Positions 55,935 through 64,000 of a DNA stretch of 64,000 nt are shown here, one piece after another (within the stretch, counting starts at the first letter, position 1; every line of letters starts with the position of its first letter). The notes under the pieces are model-generated. The model worked only from the letters and a program-made list of their open reading frames with translations. It was not told the origin of the DNA and did not search any database. The stretch spans positions 141,608,001 through 141,672,000 of the forward strand of contig OZ024741.1 of assembly GCA_964016885.1 (NCBI GenBank). The letters run 5' to 3'. Source of the stretch: Eledone cirrhosa. Its lineage: Eukaryota. The translations under genes were made by a program, and so were the position numbers.

Positions 55935-56345
55935 TAAACGGAAAAGAAAATGCTGACAAATTGTTCACAGTGAAAAATAGTTTAATTAGGAATAAGTGAA
56001 AATTAGTAATAGTATTGGTTAGTATTCAGTTTTGGTTTTAAGTTTTACCGGTTGCGCATTTCTAATGCTTTTCAAAAATAATTTTGAGATAGAGCGTCCG
56101 TGATGTTTGCTCTAATCTGATTAGTTTTGGGAATTCTACCTGTTTTTATGTTAAAAAAGTGGCTCCAGAGGTATTAAAATAAGTTTCGCGCCAATTCGTG
56201 TTGCAAAAATTCTTGTGGTCAAAACAATTTTGATTGGTCGGTACAGGTCATGTGAATGTTAAAAATTGATTTTGCGCTATATGTAGGTTTGTGTCGGCTG
56301 ATTGAGAAGTCACTGAAAAATAAGTCTTTCAAAACAAATATGTGC
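55620..56345. mobile_element. Cluster of three pLTR-end copies (55655-55770 +, 55770-55851 -, 55930 onward +) of the U3-A8 hammerhead family
   Basis: TTGGTAAA(A/C)GGAAAAGAAAATGCTGACAAATTGTTC repeated directly and inverted. Confidence 0.7.
56043..56078 (-). ncRNA. Minimal hammerhead with U3-A8 core, GAAA mutated to GCAA
   Basis: ttt-TTGAAAA-gcat tagaa atgc-GCAA-ccgg-TA-aaa; homologous to 25253-25288. Confidence 0.6.
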
Positions 56346-56525
56346 ACACACATCCCTGCTGACCATTATCACAACAACGAACCTCTTTACTACTACTACA
56401 CACACACACATATATTTGAAAAGGTGAGTGCTCTATGTAAGCTACATAAACAACATAAGACAATTCACGAAGACAGACGAGTTCAACACAGACGTCTGAA
56501 ATCGCTCATCAGAATGAAAATTAAA

Positions 56526-56667
56526 ATTCAGATTGCAAACAATAATTGAAAACAATAATAGGAGAACATCACAATATATCAAGTAATACATGTGATTTCT
56601 GTAATAATTTTACTGTAGTGTAGTATAGTGTAGTGAAGTATAGTGATGTATAGTATAGTATCGTATC

Positions 56668-56709
<42 letters not shown>

Positions 56710-56866
56710 ATATACACACACACGATACGATACTATACTATACATCACTATACTTCACTACACTATACTACACTACAGTAAAATGATTACAGCAATCACA
56801 TGTATTACTTGATATATTGTGATGTTCTCCTATTATTGTTTTCAATTATTGTTTGCAATCTGAATT
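56526..56866. repeat. Inverted repeat (~145-nt arms) around a (TA)n spacer
   Basis: 56526-56670 is the reverse complement of 56721-56866. Confidence 0.9.
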
Positions 56867-57274
56867 GTTGGCTCTCTGTGAGTTGTAACTGGTGAACTCG
56901 TTAAAATACATGAATTCTTTTGATAACAATCCAATTCAAAGGAGTCCCCCTCTAATTATAAACCTAATAATGTAATTTTATTTAAGTATATCCTTCCAAA
57001 TTCTTTCTTGATTCATTCAAATGTGGTTTTATTTCATTAAGAAAATGATCATAATATAGTTGACTGAATGAAGTTAGTTGAACCAACTGAATCTTCACCC
57101 GGGAATATATTTTCTTCTTGTTTTGGCTCCATATGGTCGTCTTTTGGCTCCTGATATGGTCGTGCGGACGCTGTCGTTACATATAGCGTGTTTGGGCGTT
57201 TTAAGCATAGCGGATGCCATCTCTTCCCAGATTTCTAATAAAGGAAGTGAGAAAGAGGTATAGAAGAGAAATCA

Positions 57275-57430
57275 AACCCAGTACTAGACTAGTATTATTT
57301 TATCGACCTGTGAAGTAGGAAAGGCAAAATTGACCTCGACGGGATTTTAACTCGGAGAGAGAAGAGAGCCGAAACAAATACCGCAAAGCATTCTATCTGA
57401 CATTCTAACAACTCTGCTAATTCGCCACTT
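57275..57430 (-). mobile_element. Diverged SINE (Meta-like domain); another copy at 58310-58420 (+)
   Basis: TTTTATCGACC..GGAAAGGCAAAATTGACCTCGACGGGATTT. Confidence 0.6.
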
Positions 57431-59410
57431 TATTGTACTTGTTTAAATTGTATATGTTCTCTGCTACCAAATACATTCAAATTTATGTCCGAACCTATTT
57501 AAATCACCATTATGTTTATGAGGTCATTCGTAAGTGTTATAAAAGCATGCTTTAATACGATGTTAATTTGTACAATGTTTGCAAAATGAACATATGTGGC
57601 GAGAAAATTAGTGTTCTTGGCTAGTTACATGCTTGGGAGACACGATAGAAACCTTGCTTAACAATTCAGCTTGATTAGAGAAAGAGGTAGTTGACAGGAA
57701 GCCAATAGAAAGTGGTTTACGTAAGGAGACAACATTTATAGTAAATTTGAAACTAACAGACGACAGTGATTTATGAAATGATAAGAACGCTAAATATACA
57801 ACAGACAGGCTGTCGGGAGCTACAATAATTTATTGCACAGCACGTTCAATGATAATGAGGTTCAGAAGCATGTTCGCTTCTTCCTGAATTATGCCTGAAA
57901 GAGCGACTATACCTCCATTTGTAACTCATTCATCGGGATGGAATTAATGTAGTAAAATTGTATGATGCTGAATTGTCATATACAAAAAGCTCTTCTGATA
58001 ATGAATGTGTGTCCACACTAATTTCACCCATACGACGTTTTATATCCATTTGAGTTATTAGAGCATATATGAAGTTGGCATATTTATGTAGGTCATCTAA
58101 GATATCTTGTCTCCTAGAACCCATCTTCTATTCCATTGATCGAACAGCAGGTACACTCATCGTCGAAACCAACTGAGGTCTATCCCACAGTAAATAGTTT
58201 AAAGAAATCTTTACAAGAGATTTACTGATTTTACAAAATAGCCCTACTCTGTACAGTTGTAAATTATAAACAATATATATTGCAGCTCGACATAGCGGTC
58301 GATATGACATAGTCATTAGAGCATTGAATATTTCTTCTGGATTTCTGCGTTCTGAATTCAAATCTCGCCGTGGTCTAATTTGCCTTCCATTCTTTTGCAG
58401 TAGATAAAAAAATATGCCAGCACCAGTGCTGGTACAACCCTCTCTACTTCAAAATACCACATCCTGACTGATCTGCTGAATCAAGGGATGGAATGTCGAG
58501 TGGGTGTTTGTGTGTACTCGCGAGTGCATGGACACCTAAAACCCTTAGCGAAAGATTAGTACAATACTACCAAGTCATAATCGATTGCTAGTGATTGCTG
58601 TAATGTTTGTAGATAGTTGCAGCTCCGTGTTGTGATTCTTTATATAGTGGTAATTTGACATCTTGTAGAAGCTGGACCTTTACAGTCTTATTACTTAAAA
58701 TTACATATTTTTTGGCGTGAACATCCACCTGTTGCAACCATGATTGCTCCAGCTGTTTGTAATAAAGATACGGTCAACTAGTTTAATTACTTGTAATTGT
58801 CTAAGCATTTTACAGACATTTGTTCCCTTAAACGAACTCTGAAACAAAATTCAGCGTGACATAGTGTTGGACAAGCCTGGTCCAATGAATAACAGGTACA
58901 AGTTTTTCCCGATGAATGAAATAACGTGTTGCTCAAGGACATGAGCCGCTCGTCCCATTGTTTAAACAAGTGGAACATTTATCATTGCAACCGACTGAGT
59001 CACAGCAACAACATTTTTTTCTAATGTCAAATAAATAATATTTAGTTCATTTCATGCCATTTCGATTTCAAAATCTAATGCTTTATCTAGTGAGTAACAT
59101 TAGAAGATTAAGGAACAGCATCCAAACAATTTCTTACTAAATCACGTCATCAACACTTTACCACTCCTATGTATATTGCATACGCCTAATAGCCTAATCT
59201 ACTCAGCTTTAAACAAGCTGTACATTAATTTAATTTTCTTACAAAGTATCTTCTTCAACTCATCAATGAATTTAATGACAAGTATATATATATATATATG
59301 AGTGTGTGTATATATATATAACCATATATGTATGTATACACAACTATATATGCATACACACACATACATACACACGCACAAACACACAAACACACACAGA
59401 CACACACACA

Positions 59411-59478
<68 letters not shown>

Positions 59479-59659
59479 TACATACATATATATACCATTT
59501 ATGTTATGTTGTTTACCAATGGGTAGAATTGGTGATTCTAGTTAGTAAACGATGAGGCCATATATTAAAGCACTCGACGTTAAGTAAATCATCAATCGTG
59601 GATGCGATATATATGTGTGTGTATGTGTGTGTGTGTGGCTGGTGCAGGGACGGAGTTAG

Positions 59660-60048
59660 TTAAAAATCCATTAAAAACAACAAGGCCAGAGTGGAAACTT
59701 TCTTTAAAATGTTAACACTATTTCAATGGCCCAGTTTCATTATCCGATCATGAAGCAACGCATACGCGATTTCACCAGGTGTTGTTTGCAGAATTAGTTG
59801 GATGGTTTTCCGTTAAAATAATACCGAATTAGCAGGCCATCTCCGAACCAAATCTATTTTCTATTCTCTGTTTTTGTTAGCCGTAATCCTGTTATCTTAT
59901 ATAACTGCAATCAACACCTGATGAAATCGCCTACGTCTTGCATCATGTCCGGATGATGAAACTCGTCCATTGAAATATGTTTAGTGTTTTCGTAGAATTA
60001 AAATTTTAAGGAAAGTTTCCTTGTTCAGCCCTCTGTTGATCTTAATGA

Positions 60049-60050
<2 letters not shown>
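59660..60050. mobile_element. Older fold-back element with hammerhead at 59913-59988 (+) and a decayed mirror copy
   Basis: aacac-CTGATGA-aat...att-GAAA-tatgtt-TA-gtgtt; arms ~59690-59791 / ~59906-60020. Confidence 0.65.
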
Positions 60051-60105
<55 letters not shown>

Positions 60106-61130
60106 TATACATAAATGCTCGTGTGTGTGCGAGAAAGAGAGAGAGATAAACGTAAAGTAATTCTTTTTACAGCTGCGGCGTAAGATGTGCTCATTTGATA
60201 GTTAGAAGTTGTCATTTTGTCTCACTGTAATGGTTCTATTCCCGATGATGTTTCCAACCAGTTTTTTCTATCTTCTGCATTAAGTTTATCATGCATAAAT
60301 TATTACATAAAATCTTACATTTTGCATGACATTACATTTCTTCTAGCGCTGCTATGGAAGTACCCGATGTGAGGTTGGGCTACATTCTACATCTATTGGA
60401 GAATCTCCATATGAACGGGCATTTAACTGTTTTTAAACATTGTTAATGTATGGACTACTTTAGGAAAAATCGTATATTTATTTGTTATATATACACATAT
60501 ATACGTACCTATGACTTCCTATTATTCTTTATAATAGTATCATCTACAATACAAGTAATGTAGATGATAGTTATCATCAATTTTCTTTTATTTTTCAATC
60601 CTTTTCTCCGAGCTTATTTACCCGAAGAAGGACGTAAGCTCAAAATGTCAAAGACTATTCTATTTCCTTCGTCATACTTTCACACATCATAGCATATATT
60701 TACCTTCTATGTTGTTGTTCTTCCTTGTCGTGAAAGTTTTACCTGTATTATCAATGTTTTTACATCGATAATGCAATTATTTTTAATGGTATCATTAAAA
60801 ATGTGAATTAATTGTATTTTATCTGTACAAATCGAAGCATATATGGAGAATAAATGTTGATAATTTGATGTATATCTTTCTCTAATTTTGTATTTATATA
60901 TATATTACAAAGAGACGACAAACAGCGGTACAAAAAGTCTTATTAGTTTCACATTTTATATTGAAAAGAGGAAAGAAAGCTTAAGCCCTACTTCAGGAAT
61001 ACAAAATAGAGACAGGATCACAACGGAGAAACAGAAAAAAGGTCCAGTAAAGACACAAAAAACGAAAATGAAGAAAGAAAGCCGTTAGGCAGTCTTGGTA
61101 AAGATTAGGAACGCAAAGTGATATATATAT

Positions 61131-61335
61131 ATAAATAATTACAACAGGGACATAAAAACGTACTCAAATTTCGTTGGGTTCTGAGCCCCAATTCAACAGG
61201 CTGAACGAATTGGGGCCCAGAACCCAACGAAACTTGAGTACCTGTTTATGTCACTGTTGTAATTATTTATACTAAACTCGTCCTATGAACTGAGTGCTCT
61301 TACTCTTGGATATTTCCACTTAACTTTTACTTCAG
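61131..61335. mobile_element. Fold-back mini-insertion with hammerhead at 61195-61246 (+) and tail
   Basis: aacagg-CTGAACGA-attgggg..cccaac-GAAA-cttgag-TA-cctgtt; arms 61131-61194 / 61207-61271. Confidence 0.75.
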
Positions 61336-61911
61336 TATATATAATATATATATATATATATCCTTTCTAGCATTCTCTCCCTCTGTCAGCCTCTTCTTCA
61401 CCCTTGACTCACCCATTCTCTGTCACTACCTCTCCTCCTCCTCTTTCTTCCCGTTTGACCTGTGTGTAATTCTTTTCTCGCGCACTCTTGGCCAAGCTGG
61501 TATGAATTTGTTTTCTCTCTCTCTCTCGTCTACGATTTCACAGAACTTCTGTTTACCGAATTCGCAGACCAGACCCCTTCTTCCTCCCTGTGCGAAATTC
61601 CTTCCTTGCTCACATTTCAACCAGGTTTGATGGTCTTTATTCTCTCGTTCACGATTTCACCGAATTTAAATTCATAGAAATCTGGGACTTGTCTCCTTCT
61701 TCCTCACTTTCTGTTGCTTCACCATTTTGTTTGTTTACCCTCGCGTCCCCTTTATTTACGTGTCCCAACGACTTTTTTTAGCTGTTGCTCGCACCAACCG
61801 GAGGTATATGGTCTTTAAAGCGATGAAATGCCTACGACGGTTGGAAGGCCACTGATGAAGGACAAACTTTTTTCATATGTAACCCATTTGCAACTCCGCA
61901 GCGTCCGTATT

Positions 61912-61949
<38 letters not shown>

Positions 61950-61961
<12 letters not shown>

Positions 61962-62339
61962 AAAGCGAGGATGTGTGTGTGTCTGTGTACAACTTTGGAT
62001 ACCTAAGGCTTTTGCAATTACCAACCGAATTTGACCAAATTTTCTGTGCACGTTGCACAGGTCGCTAAGATGCTCACATCACAAAATTTACAATCGACCC
62101 ACGTTGAGCAATAAAAAATCGATATCAAAATTATCGGTAGCAAAATTGATGTAAGGGAGATAACCAACTTTATTGACAATCCTTATTAAAAAAAGGGAGA
62201 TAACCAACTTTATTGACAATCCTTATAAAGAGACTGCTTATTTTGACAGGTTGGCGACAAATAATGTTCTTCTTTTACTTCCTAGCTGTATATTCTTAGC
62301 ATAATTTCAAACCCCGAGCAACGCCGGGTAAATCTGCTA

Positions 62340-62340
<1 letters not shown>
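61950..62340 (+). mobile_element. Non-autonomous Helitron
   Basis: 5' TATATATATAAAAGCGAGG(TG)n; 3' CCCGAGCAACGCCGGG hairpin then CTAG|T; internal ~35-nt duplication. Confidence 0.8.
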
Positions 62341-62407
<67 letters not shown>

Positions 62408-62467
62408 GTATGTATAATTAAGTCAAATATGTAAAATTTGGCTTCGTTTATTATAAATTATAGATAT

Positions 62468-62522
62468 ACTGCTATTTATATTTCGGTGACAGCCATTATT
62501 GGCTGTGACCTCTTCAGGCAGT
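62468..62522 (-). ncRNA. Canonical type I hammerhead in the inverted pLTR
   Basis: actgc-CTGAAGA-ggtcacagcca ataa tggctgtcacc-GAAA-tataaa-TA-gcagt. Confidence 0.88.
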
Positions 62523-62619
62523 CCGAATTGGTGTGGGAAAGAGAGATACACATGTTGTTGAAGTGTGTTTTACTCCGTCAGTTCATCGATATGTCCAGCT
62601 CCTGGTTGTGTTGTTATTC

Positions 62620-63995
62620 AAAAAACATAACCAGGAGCTGGACAACCACCATAATAACAATAATAGCAACACACACAACTATGACGATAGATATAATGAC
62701 AACCCCTTAGAGAAACTATTCTTCAACCCAGCTGACAAAACATATAAGATGGGTAACATCTATCCTACGAGGTTACCCTTTAATAAAAGAGTTTGCATAC
62801 CACAACAAATAGATGACAAGACAGAGGCACAGTTCACCATAGCTAGAAATAAGATTAGACAAATAGTAGACCGGTATACTAAGATACAAAGCAGACCAGA
62901 AGCCCAACAACTTGGGAGGAAACCTGTAGAAGGCTTGCTTAGCCTCACGCAACGCACAAGGGATGGTGAGGTAGTACCACTGATAAGTCTGGTAGGATGT
63001 CAATAGACAGCATACCGAACTACATCAAGGCTATGCAACACCACATCACCAACACGAGCCAAATTGCACAGCAAATACATGATGGGAGAGAGAAAATCCT
63101 CAACACTCACATGATGATGTGGACCGACATCCTAAAGCCAAGCAGACGCACTGCCAACAACTTCCAGGCGTCTAACAATGGCATGCCACCCTTGTATGGG
63201 CTCCGCAAAGACCACAAGACAGTCGATGAGCCGACAACAGGACCACCAACAAGACCCGTATGCGAAGCAAATATAGCTAGCAACTATAGGATCTCCTACT
63301 TCTTCTCAATGGTTATACACCCCATAATCATGATGTCCCCAGATGTATGTGACAGTACAGAGGACATCCTCAGCAGAATCAGTGAGTGCAACAAAAACAG
63401 GAACCTATACAACTGCATAATAGGCAGCATGGATGTGGTATCACTGTACCCATCCATTAACATTGATTTTGCTGTGGAAAAATGTGTGGAGATGATCATT
63501 GAGAGTGAGGTGGAGTTCTGCGACGTCGACACAGACGAACTGGGCCTCCTACTTAGACTTACCTACGACACTGACTACCTAGACAGACATGACCTTAGAC
63601 GTTTCTGCCCCAGTAGACCCATAAGAGGTAGACCCCCCACCATAACCTCAATGGCTAAAAAGACTCCCATGGGAAGGTGGATTGGGTGGACCAAAGCTAT
63701 ACGGACCCCCCAAAACAATGATGATCAGGTAAGAAAGATGGTCGCACATGCAATAGGGGCTAGTATCAAAACTACCCTAAAGGGCCACATATTCAAGTTC
63801 AACGAAAAGATCTACACCCAAAATGAGGGAGCAGCCATTGGCGTCAGCATAGCTGGTGACGTTGCCAACCTTTTTATGGTATGGTGGGAAAGGAGACCTA
63901 AAGATCTCTTTGATGAGAGCTCCATAGACCTCATCATGTATTCTCGTTACGTAGACGATATCAATATAGTTATAAGAACATCCTCACAAGTTTAA
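62620..63995 (+). pseudogene. Penelope-like reverse transcriptase (frameshifted; may continue past the window end)
   Basis: PPLYGLRKDHK, PTRPVC, SMDVVSLYPSI, FKFNEKIYTQNEGAAIG, YSRYVDD in ORF 62997-63995; upstream piece in another frame. Confidence 0.9.
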
Positions 63996-64000
63996 TTTAG

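Overview
AT-rich eukaryotic genomic DNA, very probably from an octopus or other coleoid cephalopod (inferred from the SINE types and the extreme (TA)n/(TG)n load). I could not support any host protein-coding gene; the long Y/I-rich ORFs are microsatellite artefacts. The window is a mosaic of retroelements nested in simple repeats: an intact ~1130-aa R4/Dong-clade RT-RLE element in (TAA)n, two relatives in (TACA)n, CR1-like RT fragments, several Penelope-like (Neptune-type) RT/GIY-YIG fragments, bipartite RTE-derived elements, three non-autonomous Helitrons and many tRNA-derived SINEs. The main hidden layer is RNA structure. More than 20 type I hammerhead ribozyme motifs (read by eye; many intact, some decayed) lie in fold-back or tandem Penelope-type terminal repeats. 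They include a recurring U3-A8 core variant with covarying stems. A second covarying bulged hairpin (RCTC-stem-loop-stem-T/TT/TA-GAGY-RC) sits just beyond the insertion end of at least seven sequence-unrelated families. Coordinates and structures were read manually and are approximate.
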